Shown here one piece after another: positions 10,361 to 20,049 of a stretch of DNA of 64,000 nucleotides; position 1 is the first letter of the stretch, and each line of letters starts with the position of its first letter. Both the position numbers and the translations under genes were made by a program. The stretch comes from Pseudomonadota bacterium (GTDB lineage Bacteria > Pseudomonadota > Gammaproteobacteria > UBA1113): positions 24,948-88,947 of the forward strand of contig JAJXVU010000006.1 of NCBI GenBank assembly GCA_021781965.1, in the 5' to 3' direction. The notes under the pieces are model-generated. The model was not told the origin of the DNA. It saw only the letters and a program-made list of their open reading frames with translations, and did no database searches.

Positions 10361-11311
10361 ATGTTCAGTATAATAAACACAACCTCGATTCTTTTTATTA
10401 CTATTTTGTTGGGGTTCGCCTGCGGCAGAATGGGATTATTTAGAAGTGGCCAAGATAGAACCTTAATTGACTATGTTTTCTATATTGCATTACCATTAAA
10501 TCTATTTTTATCTTGCTATCATTCATCGTGGCGTATCTTTAATCTCTCATATTTATTAAGCTATAGTATTGCGATGATTCTGATGATTGCGTTAAGCTAT
10601 ATACTCAGCCAAAAATTGCTTAAACCAGGTAAATCAGCGAGTATTATCAATAGCTTATCTGCAACCCAAGTAGATGGCGCTTATTTTACAATCCCTCTTT
10701 TTCTATTGGTTTTTAAATCTAACAGCTTAGCCATACCCTTGATGTTAATTCAAAACACCATTTTTTTCACTATAAGTTTACTCTTATTGCAAATGAGTTA
10801 TAAAAATAAAAGTCCGTCGCAAGAAAAAAATTATTTTTATTTCACTATCAACCAAATTATACATATAATTACACATAATCCTATTATCAGTTTATCTCTA
10901 TTAGGGCTAATTGCTAGCACGCTACCCATAAAAATCCCTACAACTATACTACATACAGCCGAATTTATTGGTAACTCCGCGTCGGCGGTGGCATTATTTA
11001 GTTTAGGATTAACTTGTTCTTTTTATCTCAATGGTTTTAAACGCAAAGATCAAATCTACCCCTTGTTTTGCTTAAATTTCTTAAAACTAGTGCTATTACC
11101 CTTCATTAGCTTGATTATTGGTAAAGCTTTTCATTTAGAACACAATTTACTACTGGCTCTAGTTTTGTTAACAGCGAGTCCAGCTGCATCACATACATAT
11201 ATTATCGCTAAAAAATATGATACGGACGTTGACATCGCTACCTTTAATGTCGTATTAACAACCATGCTCAGTTTCTTTAGTATTAATCTTTGGCTATATT
11301 GGCTAAGTTAA
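10361..11311 (+). CDS. AEC (auxin efflux carrier) family transporter
   Basis: 316 aa with about 10 hydrophobic segments. The length and N-terminal pattern are typical of AEC/MdcF-like permeases. This is a family-level call only. Confidence 0.65.
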   Translation: MFSIINTTSILFITILLGFACGRMGLFRSGQDRTLIDYVFYIALPLNLFLSCYHSSWRIFNLSYLLSYSIAMILMIALSYILSQKLLKPGKSASIINSLSATQVDGAYFTIPLFLLVFKSNSLAIPLMLIQNTIFFTISLLLLQMSYKNKSPSQEKNYFYFTINQIIHIITHNPIISLSLLGLIASTLPIKIPTTILHTAEFIGNSASAVALFSLGLTCSFYLNGFKRKDQIYPLFCLNFLKLVLLPFISLIIGKAFHLEHNLLLALVLLTASPAASHTYIIAKKYDTDVDIATFNVVLTTMLSFFSINLWLYWLS

Positions 11312-11585
11312 TGACCCGCTACTCGTTGCGAATAAGCACCCTTGGCGCGTGCTACAGCTCGAAAGACTAAAGCATTGTAAACGGAGTAAATTAGGGGCAT
11401 TTTCATACCCCCCTTTTTTTGTATAGTATAGAGAAACAAAGAAGCTATTTTAAAAATCTTATTGTTTCCTTAGTATTAACATAGTATCATATGCGCGAAA
11501 GATATTTTCAGAATAAAATTTGTCGAAGACTTGACTATTACAGCAATTCTCCAGGCATAAAACAACTATAACGAGGGTTTTTAAA

Positions 11586-14500
11586 ATGTATCTTAATAAT
11601 AATGAGTTAGACCTTAAGGTTAAGGTGTTAATCGAAACTGAAAATTATATGGAATTGATTAAACTAGCGTTAGCGTTAGAAATACATGAAGATCAATATT
11701 CATTTGAGATTAAAAAGAACATTATACACAAAATACTAACGGTTCACCCCTCTACCGTCAAGGAGTCTATTCCACAAGGAGACCATATATGGCAACAATT
11801 TTTATTGCTGCTTAACCCTACCGATAGCGACCATAGTCCTCTTCAGCTAGATTGGTTACGCGCTTTGACTCAAAAATACTATACAGAGGAATATGTATTG
11901 GACAAGAACAGTACATTGGCTCACATGCTATTTCTTACACAATGGATCCAACATACTAATGCCTGGACAAGAACAAATAATGAATTTCCTTTCTTTTTAT
12001 TTGATTATTTAAATACAGATTGGGAGCTTAATGACTCTAAGATGTTTAACTATTATGAAACTATAAATCAAATTTGTGCCTTAAATGATCCAGTCATATT
12101 TCAATCTATATTTCAACCCAAAAAAGAAAACTCTAATCTTTCAAACATTGTTAGGCACTTGCTCAAAACAGAGGAAAACATTCAACCGAATCATGTTAAA
12201 AATGCTATATGCTACCTGCTTGAGCATTACAAAGATGACCATGAAAAATCATTTCCATTAATATTTATCTATTTTTTTAAGAGAAAAAATAACACAACGC
12301 TAGAACAAAAAGAATTAAGCTTCTTTAAAGAGAATTTATTTACATTACTAAGATGTTATAACGAACAAAAAAATGGCCATAATCGTTATAGAAGTCCCGC
12401 TTTCAATAAATTTCTTATTGAGGCACTATCAAAAAAGTCTTTCTCAACTTCTGAGGAAATGACTCATATTTTATTATTTATACAATTACATAGGATTAAA
12501 GACCCCCAATTTATACACGAAGTCTCAAAGAAATCCATGCAACTTGAACCATCAGAAGGTATTATAAAGTTTCTTGTGGAACTTGCTATTATCAATAGTG
12601 ATTTAGCGGTATTGAGAGAATTGTTAAATAGGTATTCCAGAGAACTATTGCTGCCTTTAGCAAATAAGTTTTTAGAAAAAAAACGTACTATAGATCCACG
12701 GGTTATCGGCTTCCTCTATGCTTATAAAAACGAAATATTACCCGAATATTCCGTTCTTGATTTTCTGGTCACTGACTACTATGATTATTGTTATCACATT
12801 TGGAATATAACAGAGAATGCTGCACAAGATATATTATTAGAAGTAAATACCGGTGTAGAAAGCTCAATGAATCCTGAAGGAAGTAAAAAAATTCACGCTT
12901 CCGCTATAAAAAAATTCCCGGAAATTGATCCGGCTAAATCTTACCGTGAGTGCATAGAATATATTGCAAACCAATTGCAAAAATTAGAAGGAAATATGCA
13001 TGCTTTAGAAAACCCAGAAGCACGAAAAAGCTTTCTTCCAGAAGCACCCATAGTTGAAGCAATTCCTCCGGCAGACCAAGCACAAGCAATTCCTCCGGTA
13101 GACCAAGCACAAGCAATTCCTCCGGCAGACCAAGCACAAGCAATTCCTCCGGCAGACCAAGCACAAGCAATTCCTCCGGCAGACGAAGCACAAGCAATTC
13201 CTCCGGCAGACGAAGCACAAGCAATTCCTCCGGCAGACGAAGCACAAGCAATTCCTCCGGTAGACCAAGCAGTCGAAGCAATGGTTCCTGCAGAAAAAAT
13301 AATGACTGAAGAACAAAAACAGACTGCCCTCTACCATACAGCTCTAAGACTACTCATGCATGATGAAAATGCTGGCCTTGATCCTTATTTTGAGGGTTTT
13401 GAAACAGCAGTAGGTTATTGTTATGAATTGGCTAAAAGAGTCAATTGTCTAGATATCTTTATACAACAAGACTTAGTTTATATCCGTAGAGCGCATAATT
13501 TAGATACTTTAAAAAGGCGTCAAGAAGCAGCTGATTACTCATCCTGCCCGCCTGGGACTCAAGGACGATTATATCAATTTTATGCTTTTGCTTACAATAA
13601 CATTATTGCAACGGAAAACCAACTTAAAAAATTTAGTATAGTATCCATTAATAATGAAATAAAGAGTCTTGTTATCCAAAATTTATCTGAAATGACAAGA
13701 AATTTTCTAAGAGATGATTCTTATCAGCTTACCCAGATTATTTACTACTATCAAGCCAGTGCGTCTATGATATTAGATGAATCAGATCTTAAGGTAGCAA
13801 AAGTTAACGCGGAAAAGGCAATTAACTATATTCTTGAAAACAAGATAGATTATCTTAAACTATATCGTAAATTAGTTAGGCTTTATACGGAGAGACCTAT
13901 ATCTGAGTGCCCAAATGAGATAAAAGAGAGACTCAAAGACCTTATTGCATATCAATTTCGAGTGGTTTTATTACATGAGGAGCCTCAAAAAGATTATTAC
14001 GAAAATATAGCATTCTGGGAAACATTTCCTAACGAGGTTATACATAAAATATATCCTTTAATACTGTTACACTTTTTAGATGCCTCATTACCACAAGATG
14101 CATCAGCACTTCTCGCGAAAAATCCAGAAGAAAAGCAAGAAAATAAATCTAAAAATTCTGTTGCAGATTCACTAGATTTCAACAAATTAGCTGAAATGGT
14201 TATCTATATGCCCCTACCCGTATTAGAACCTTTCCGTACAGAGATTACTAATAATTTATCACATCTTGCTTATCTTTCCGTCAAGGAACATTCGGAGCAA
14301 AAAATTTATAGGTTTATGGAAAATATTCGCGCGTTAAAGAATAGCGGTATACTGCCCAATGAAAATATTATTAATTTTTTCAGACTGTTTGTTGGCATCG
14401 TCAAGGATGACGAATCTTTTGACATAAAAACCATTCTTTTACTTAAAGCGGCCATAGCAGATCCCAACGACATTTTGCAGAGACCATTGCCATTTAATAT

Positions 14501-16262
14501 ATTTGAACAACTGATAGTTTCAATAAATCACAGTCAATATTGTAAATTACACAATTTTATCTCCTATACTATAAACAATGGTTTGCTAACCAAAGATAGC
14601 TTGGTAAGTATTATGTCTCAACAGGCAGAGCAACTTATTGCAGATGGAAATTATACCGCCTATTTGCGATTAATCAGATTTGCCTTATCTTTTAACATTT
14701 TCATAAAGCATCAAGATAGCGCATTTGTAAAACGTAAACTTACCCTTCCAAACACCCCCAATTCACTTCTAGATAAAACTATTTTATACGATGCACAACA
14801 GAATGAAACGTTTATAGACAGCATTGAGAATAAAGCAACTAGTCAATACGCTTTTTCAGACTTGGAAAATACGTATAATATAAACGAATTAGAAGCGGAA
14901 TATGCTAATTTGAATCGATATGCATGCTATCAGGATGATATTGAATTCTATACAAAAATCCATAATTTCATAGTGCTAAAAAAAGCTTCAGCCAAAGGAA
15001 ATGCTTACGCATCCTTTGCTGTGGCAAGACTTTATAAGGATAAACTAGACAGTGTTCCAAAAAACTTTAGACCGACAAGAGGCAATAAGCAATTAATAGT
15101 CATTTATTCCACCATTGCACTCCAACAAGCCCTTGACATGGATGATGAAATTTCGGCCAAAAAAATACAAGCATTTTGCAAGAAAAATAATTTTATATTA
15201 CCTTGTTTTGAAGAAATGTATTACTCTCATATACTTGAATTAATGAATAGCAAGCCAGACACTGAAGATTTTAATACAAAATTGAGGAATTTTTTACTGC
15301 TTGCTGTATCCATTGATCTTAGCCCAGTTTTGCTTGAAAGTACATATGAATCGAAAAATAAGCAAAACGCCATGAGAATAGTTGAGGAATGTCTTTCTGG
15401 TAAAGATTTATCTAAAATAGATGCCGTACTGCGTATCTATGACAAGCTGTGGATGAAAGGGTGTTATATACAATCAAAAGATGGCGCGCTTGACTCAAGT
15501 GATCCCCGAATACTACTACCTAAATTGCTATTTCAGCAACAATACCAAGCAGTAAAACTCGCCTTAATTACTATAGAAGAAACCAGCAAACCGCAAAAAT
15601 CAGCTATTGACACTAAAGCACTTTGCAAACAACTTGCTAAACAGTTGAAAGTAAAGGAAATGACTATATCAAGGTATTTAAACCATATTTACAAACATAT
15701 TTCTATAGATCCACTGTATCAAAAAGATCTCGAAGGTCTAGGGACATCAGAAGAGGAAAAAATAGTAACGACCCTTACTGCGATCTGTAGACACTCTAAT
15801 ATTTCTTTAGAAATCTTTTCTATAGCAGACCCCTCCCCTGTGTCAAATAACCATCGTAAAGTTAATGCTAAGGATAAAGAAGCGACTAGACTAAAAATTA
15901 AATCTATTAAATCTGATGAAAAAATGTTTCAGGACGCCGTCTGCGCTGTATTCCAAAGATTACCTAATGGGCAAGATGTGGTTACCAGCATTGATATAAT
16001 AAAAGAATTAAGATTCAAGCACGGGATATCGATACCCGCCGCTATTCGCCTGATTGGAAACGTATATGCACATAAAGTACCAGCAAAATCGAGTACCGCT
16101 CAGCCAAACAATAATATATATAGACTATATCCATCGCAACAAGTATCTTTAGAACAACAATTAGAGATCCTTCTTAAGCCCTTAAAAATCCAATTGATAG
16201 CAGGGGCATCCTTACCGGAAAGCGAAGAAATCCAAAATAATGATATTCGTCCAGACTTTTAA
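11586..16262 (+). CDS. Large (1558 aa) hypothetical protein with internal AIPP(A/V)D(Q/E)AQ tandem repeats; candidate secreted effector
   Basis: Single uninterrupted ORF, AT-rich, with no recognisable catalytic motif. The 8 x 27-bp repeat is in frame. The acidic C-terminal tail (ESEEIQNNDIRPDF) is loosely like type IVB substrates. Confidence 0.7.
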   Translation: MYLNNNELDLKVKVLIETENYMELIKLALALEIHEDQYSFEIKKNIIHKILTVHPSTVKESIPQGDHIWQQFLLLLNPTDSDHSPLQLDWLRALTQKYYTEEYVLDKNSTLAHMLFLTQWIQHTNAWTRTNNEFPFFLFDYLNTDWELNDSKMFNYYETINQICALNDPVIFQSIFQPKKENSNLSNIVRHLLKTEENIQPNHVKNAICYLLEHYKDDHEKSFPLIFIYFFKRKNNTTLEQKELSFFKENLFTLLRCYNEQKNGHNRYRSPAFNKFLIEALSKKSFSTSEEMTHILLFIQLHRIKDPQFIHEVSKKSMQLEPSEGIIKFLVELAIINSDLAVLRELLNRYSRELLLPLANKFLEKKRTIDPRVIGFLYAYKNEILPEYSVLDFLVTDYYDYCYHIWNITENAAQDILLEVNTGVESSMNPEGSKKIHASAIKKFPEIDPAKSYRECIEYIANQLQKLEGNMHALENPEARKSFLPEAPIVEAIPPADQAQAIPPVDQAQAIPPADQAQAIPPADQAQAIPPADEAQAIPPADEAQAIPPADEAQAIPPVDQAVEAMVPAEKIMTEEQKQTALYHTALRLLMHDENAGLDPYFEGFETAVGYCYELAKRVNCLDIFIQQDLVYIRRAHNLDTLKRRQEAADYSSCPPGTQGRLYQFYAFAYNNIIATENQLKKFSIVSINNEIKSLVIQNLSEMTRNFLRDDSYQLTQIIYYYQASASMILDESDLKVAKVNAEKAINYILENKIDYLKLYRKLVRLYTERPISECPNEIKERLKDLIAYQFRVVLLHEEPQKDYYENIAFWETFPNEVIHKIYPLILLHFLDASLPQDASALLAKNPEEKQENKSKNSVADSLDFNKLAEMVIYMPLPVLEPFRTEITNNLSHLAYLSVKEHSEQKIYRFMENIRALKNSGILPNENIINFFRLFVGIVKDDESFDIKTILLLKAAIADPNDILQRPLPFNIFEQLIVSINHSQYCKLHNFISYTINNGLLTKDSLVSIMSQQAEQLIADGNYTAYLRLIRFALSFNIFIKHQDSAFVKRKLTLPNTPNSLLDKTILYDAQQNETFIDSIENKATSQYAFSDLENTYNINELEAEYANLNRYACYQDDIEFYTKIHNFIVLKKASAKGNAYASFAVARLYKDKLDSVPKNFRPTRGNKQLIVIYSTIALQQALDMDDEISAKKIQAFCKKNNFILPCFEEMYYSHILELMNSKPDTEDFNTKLRNFLLLAVSIDLSPVLLESTYESKNKQNAMRIVEECLSGKDLSKIDAVLRIYDKLWMKGCYIQSKDGALDSSDPRILLPKLLFQQQYQAVKLALITIEETSKPQKSAIDTKALCKQLAKQLKVKEMTISRYLNHIYKHISIDPLYQKDLEGLGTSEEEKIVTTLTAICRHSNISLEIFSIADPSPVSNNHRKVNAKDKEATRLKIKSIKSDEKMFQDAVCAVFQRLPNGQDVVTSIDIIKELRFKHGISIPAAIRLIGNVYAHKVPAKSSTAQPNNNIYRLYPSQQVSLEQQLEILLKPLKIQLIAGASLPESEEIQNNDIRPDF
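13059..13274 (+). repeat. Eight head-to-tail 27-bp repeats (GCAATTCCTCCGGCAGACCAAGCACAA and variants) inside the 1558-aa CDS
   Basis: Counted unit by unit. Units 1, 3 and 4 are identical. Units 5-7 are identical to each other and differ by C>G (Q>E). Units 2 and 8 carry C>T (A>V). Unit 8 diverges at its end. Confidence 0.97.
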
Positions 16263-16274
16263 ATAAATCAAACT

Positions 16275-16307
16275 ATGGCAATATCCCCACGACGGGGGTA
16301 TTGCCAT
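16275..16307 (+). terminator. 14-bp stem hairpin (ATGGCAATATCCCC-ACGAC-GGGGGTATTGCCAT) 13 nt after the stop of the 1558-aa gene
   Basis: Read directly. The stem has one G-U pair. There is no U-tract, so this is a hairpin-only terminator candidate. Confidence 0.45.
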
Positions 16308-16524
16308 AAAGGAAAATATTGTAATTGAGAAAAGCAATTATACATAATAATTAAATATAAATTTATACTGATAATTTGTTTTACCTAAACCAACCGCTCA
16401 CAAAATTTAAAAACCATTCAGAAAAATCGTATAAAATTTTGGCGATAAAATGCTTATGCAGGTTAGCAACTCAATCTTGATTGTGCTATTATTAATCGTG
16501 TAGTTAAAAATAAAGGAGGCTATC

Positions 16525-16956
16525 ATGAAAAAATTATTACCTCTAACCTTGAGTTTGATTTTGGGAATGGGAACATCAATAGCTATTGCCGCAGAAACAT
16601 CTCCGTCAGTACCTATTATTGATGTTTTACAACGTTTAGATCAAGCGGGTTACAGTCAAATTCACAACATTCAGTATAAAGATGGAATATATAAAGTCGA
16701 AGCTTACGGATCACAAGGGCAAAAAATAAAATTCAATGTTAATCCGAAAAACATGGCGATCCCGGCGATTGAAAACAAGGGGAAACCCTACTTAACGATG
16801 TTACAGGTAGCACGTAACTTACGCGGAGCTGGATATTCCCGTATCGAAAAAATAGAGTTTGACGACAAGTACTATGAAATAAAAGCTTATGATGCAAATA
16901 ACAAGCAAGTTGCGTTAGAAGTAAATTCAACGACAGGAGTAATAACTAAAGAATAG
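16525..16956 (+). CDS. Secreted PepSY-domain protein (two PepSY-like halves)
   Basis: Signal peptide MKKLLPLTLSLILGMGTSIAIA. Two repeats of the pattern ...GY..I..I...D..Y.V.A......K....V...TG. GGAGG Shine-Dalgarno lies upstream. Confidence 0.65.
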   Translation: MKKLLPLTLSLILGMGTSIAIAAETSPSVPIIDVLQRLDQAGYSQIHNIQYKDGIYKVEAYGSQGQKIKFNVNPKNMAIPAIENKGKPYLTMLQVARNLRGAGYSRIEKIEFDDKYYEIKAYDANNKQVALEVNSTTGVITKE

Positions 16957-16968
16957 TTTATTCTTTTC

Positions 16969-16999
16969 AAAAGCTGGCTTTTCTCAAAAGCCAGCTTTT
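16969..16999. terminator. Bidirectional intrinsic terminator: perfect 14-bp stem AAAAGCTGGCTTTT-CTC-AAAAGCCAGCTTTT
   Basis: Lies between convergent genes 16525..16956 (+) and 17048..17929 (-). The A/T runs give a U-tract on both strands. Confidence 0.8.
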
Positions 17000-17047
17000 T
17001 AGGGAAGATATTAGAATTTAATTTGAATAGAAAAGCTGTTCACTGTA

Positions 17048-17929
17048 CTAAAGAACTATTTTTGATCCTTTTTCCGCTGTAACTAAACGTACAGGAAAAA
17101 ATGTGTTGGGATCTATCAATTGGCATTCTGAGACATCATTGACCATCTGCGCTTCAATCGCTTCAAGGGTCCAATCAGAAACGACGGGAAAGTATTTTTG
17201 CAAGTTGGCCAGAGTATTTTCATCCCAAAAACTTTTGAGCTCTTCTTTAATCATGCCTTTATTTAAATCTTTAAATACGCGGGAAAAAAGGGTGCTTCTT
17301 TCCAGCATATTTTCTGGCCAATAATACAAGGTAACGGCAGAACAAGTATAAGAACCAATCTGTTGTAATAACCAATCTACACAGCCCGAACTTAGAAAAT
17401 AGGACACGCCATCTAGAATAAAGATAGGGCGTTTACAGTTAGGAAATATTTTTTCTAATGAGCGATTTTCTCTATATGCTGCTTCTATATCAAAAGCCAT
17501 AGATTGCAGTTTTTTAAGGATCTTGGAATCCAATGCTCTGTCTGCAATAGTGGCAATGCGCTCATTGCGCTGCTCTACCATATACGGCAAGTCTGTATCA
17601 AAAAATATGCCTGAAAATTGTGGGTTTTTCTCGACAATAAGATAAGTTAATAATGAAAGTCCAGAAGCAAAAGAAATTACCGAATCATATAGCCCAGTTT
17701 GAATGAGCCTAGTCGTCTCTTTTAAAAAATATCCAGCACACACACTGATTTTTCGTCTGACCAGCGGATAGTTATACTTAGTAATGAAAGTTTCAGCGAG
17801 CAATCTACCCTCATCGCTAGACAATAATAAGCTTAGTTTATCGTTGCTTAGTTCAGGAAACGCACAACGGTAATTTGCTGTCAGTTCAGCAGAGCTTACA
17901 TTGGTTAATTTATTATTCTCATTAGCCAT
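17048..17929 (-). CDS. Class I SAM-dependent methyltransferase, LCM/TcmP-like (tentative)
   Basis: 293 aa. The N-terminal SAELTANYRCAFPE... resembles the TcmP/LCM-type N-terminus. SFASGLS and FDTDLPYMV resemble motif I / post-I. No search was run. Confidence 0.45.
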   Translation of the reverse strand: MANENNKLTNVSSAELTANYRCAFPELSNDKLSLLLSSDEGRLLAETFITKYNYPLVRRKISVCAGYFLKETTRLIQTGLYDSVISFASGLSLLTYLIVEKNPQFSGIFFDTDLPYMVEQRNERIATIADRALDSKILKKLQSMAFDIEAAYRENRSLEKIFPNCKRPIFILDGVSYFLSSGCVDWLLQQIGSYTCSAVTLYYWPENMLERSTLFSRVFKDLNKGMIKEELKSFWDENTLANLQKYFPVVSDWTLEAIEAQMVNDVSECQLIDPNTFFPVRLVTAEKGSKIVL

Positions 17930-18019
17930 TGTTTGGGAACCTCTTAATGTTTAATTCTTGTTTATAATACAATATTAACGTCTAATGCAACTACTCTCTT
18001 CATCCGTTCCGTAATATAA

Positions 18020-18034
18020 CGGTCGCGGCTCGGC
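18020..18034 (+). repeat. REP family 1 partial copy (ACGGTCGCGGCTCGG)
   Basis: 15-nt match to the family core, directly 3' of the poxB-like remnant stop. Confidence 0.6.
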
Positions 18035-18037
18035 TCA

Positions 18038-18452
18038 CTATCTCCACAAATTGGTCTTTGCCAAATCGATCACATCTGTACCACGACCATCTATAATCGC
18101 TTTCAATAAGTAGAGGTTAAAACCTTTCACTTCTTGCATTTTTAGCTTTGGCGGCATCACTAATTCCATGCGGTTGGTAACCACATCGACCAATACTGGG
18201 CCTTTATGGGAAAAAGCTTTTTTTAACGCGCCCTCAATTTCATTGGGATCTTCGACCCGAATACCCAACACGCCCATCGCTTCAGCCATTTTGGCAAAAT
18301 TAGGATTGATTAAATCGGTACCCGTGTTTAAAAAACCACTGGCTTTCATTTCCATTTCGACGAAACCCAAAGTACCATTGTTAAAAACCACCACTTGACG
18401 ATCTGGATGAGAGGCCTGAGCACCAATGCCTTGCGCTAAAGCATATGCTTTG
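18038..18452 (-). pseudogene. poxB: Remnant of a PoxB-type thiamine-diphosphate enzyme (pyruvate dehydrogenase [quinone]-like), C-terminal ~135 codons only
   Basis: The translation ...AYALAQGIGAQASHPDRQVV|VFNNGTLGFVEMEMKASGF...VLVDVV...AKTNLWR tracks my recollection of the E. coli PoxB C-terminus. The N-terminal ~430 codons are absent. The segment carrying the GDG of the ThDP motif between RQVV and VFNN is deleted in frame. Confidence 0.8.
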
Positions 18453-18454
18453 TT

Positions 18455-18490
18455 TATATACTCATAGCAGTCAAATGCGAAGAGTATATC
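18455..18490 (-). mobile_element. Collapsed (ends-only) copy of the MITE-like element seen at 47133 and 51285
   Basis: TATATACTCATAGCAG|TCAAATGCGAAGAGTATAT equals the two termini of the 47133..47263 copy joined head to head, in opposite orientation. It lies exactly between the poxB remnant and the stop codon of the MFS gene. Confidence 0.7.
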
Positions 18491-19787
18491 ATGCTGCTTC
18501 TTTGCAATGAGTCTCTTTAATAAAGTACAGTAATACTCCGGCAGCCAACATTTCTAATGGCAGAATCAGTAAGGCATGTTGATAGTCACTTAATAGATAG
18601 ACACGGCCACCATCTTGCATAGTACCAGTCCACAGCAAATCTAAAATCAAACCCACTACAGGCGGTAATATTGCCCCACCCAAACTTTGTGCCATATTCA
18701 TAAAGCCCAATGCCGCGCCCGTTGCCTTAGCCGGTTGCAATTCGCGGGCTATAGAAAAAGAAGATAAAAATGCGCCTGAAAAAATACCAAAGAATAGCAT
18801 TAAAGTTCCGAGCATAAAGGTTGAAGGCATATGTATATAGATTATGATAAACAGACAAATAGTGCCGCCGATACTAGAAATATAAAGCGGCGGCTTACGC
18901 AGACGTATTCTATCCGATATAAAACCAAAGACAGGACAACCAATAGCCCAACCTATAAAGATTAAGGAAATCATAGCACCCGCCTTCGTTAGTGGCAAAT
19001 GATAAGCCGCCATTAAAAACCCTGCACCCCAGGATGCCCCTAAGGTGAGTGTAGGCGTAAACATCAGCAGGCCATAAATTGCAAGCAACCAAGGCTGTGG
19101 TTGCCGTATAATTTTGACAACGTTAAGCAATAATTCTTTAAACGACTGTGATGCGTTAATCTTATGTCGGTTCATAGGATTTTTATGGTCTTGAATCACA
19201 AACCAAGTTAGGGCGGCATAGACTAGCCCTATCACCGTCAAAACGTCCAAACTTTCACGCCAGCCTATACTTTCCACCATCACCGCCAGAGGATGCTGGC
19301 CGCTCACAGCACCCAACATACCAAGTGTTAGCACAAAACCACTCAACATTCCAAAGCGGTTGGTCGGGAACCAATTTGCAGCCAATACCAATGAACCTAA
19401 TGCCGCAAAAGCCGAACCTATGCCGGTGGCAAAGCGCGCTAATTCCACCAATGCCCACGTGTTGGCATGTGCCGTTAAAAAAGAGCCTAGCGCACATATT
19501 AAAGTGGCAATGACGATAAGCCTGCGGGCACCAAAACGATCCAGCAAAGTACCCGCTGGGATTTGCATCATCGCATACCCTACATAATACGCGGTAGCTA
19601 AAAAACCGAATTGAGCTGCGGTAATACCAAAATGCCGCGTTAAATCCGGCATCATGACATTCGGTGCTACTTGAATAAAGAATTCATAAAAGTAAAATAG
19701 GGTCCCTGTCAGCCAAACCACCAAAGAATAGACACTTGGCTTGCCTTGGGTGCCACTGGTAGATTCAACATTTTGACTAACTTGCAT
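18489..19787 (-). CDS. MFS transporter
   Basis: 432 aa with about 12 TM segments. MFS loop motif GTLLDRFGARR between TM2 and TM3. Confidence 0.85.
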   Translation of the reverse strand: MQVSQNVESTSGTQGKPSVYSLVVWLTGTLFYFYEFFIQVAPNVMMPDLTRHFGITAAQFGFLATAYYVGYAMMQIPAGTLLDRFGARRLIVIATLICALGSFLTAHANTWALVELARFATGIGSAFAALGSLVLAANWFPTNRFGMLSGFVLTLGMLGAVSGQHPLAVMVESIGWRESLDVLTVIGLVYAALTWFVIQDHKNPMNRHKINASQSFKELLLNVVKIIRQPQPWLLAIYGLLMFTPTLTLGASWGAGFLMAAYHLPLTKAGAMISLIFIGWAIGCPVFGFISDRIRLRKPPLYISSIGGTICLFIIIYIHMPSTFMLGTLMLFFGIFSGAFLSSFSIARELQPAKATGAALGFMNMAQSLGGAILPPVVGLILDLLWTGTMQDGGRVYLLSDYQHALLILPLEMLAAGVLLYFIKETHCKEAA

Positions 19788-19889
19788 GATATTACTTTCC
19801 TTTTGATAATAGTAAGATATTTTGTCTAGTTTTGTAACGGTCTTCCCATCACCCTCCGCCCTTGACGGCCTCAGTTAATCTGTTTATAA

Positions 19890-19914
19890 CCGAGCCGCGA
19901 CCGTCAGGAAGCGG
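19890..19914 (-). repeat. REP family 1 copy, inverted orientation (CCGAGCCGCGACCGTCAGGAAGCGG)
   Basis: Reverse complement of the family core with one mismatch. It lies in the spacer between divergent MFS genes. Confidence 0.75.
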
Positions 19915-20049
19915 ATGACTGGGATATACTCTAATACACTCAATATGCATTTTTTCCAACAAAGCACGAGTAGTTACATCTAGTCTAACACTTTTTTTAT
20001 CCTCTGCAAAATGGTATTATGCTTATAGTATTAAAATTGGCATTCCCTT

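Noticed and set aside
13059-13274. Possible CRISPR array (regular short repeats).
   Set aside because: The units are contiguous with no spacers, in frame within a long CDS, and there are no cas genes in the window.
12934-13337. Two antisense ORFs (110 and 115 aa) with striking internal repeats (RRNCLC..., LPEELLVL...).
   Set aside because: They are the reverse-strand reading of the 27-bp tandem array inside the 1558-aa gene. The periodicity simply keeps the frames open, and they have no start context of their own.
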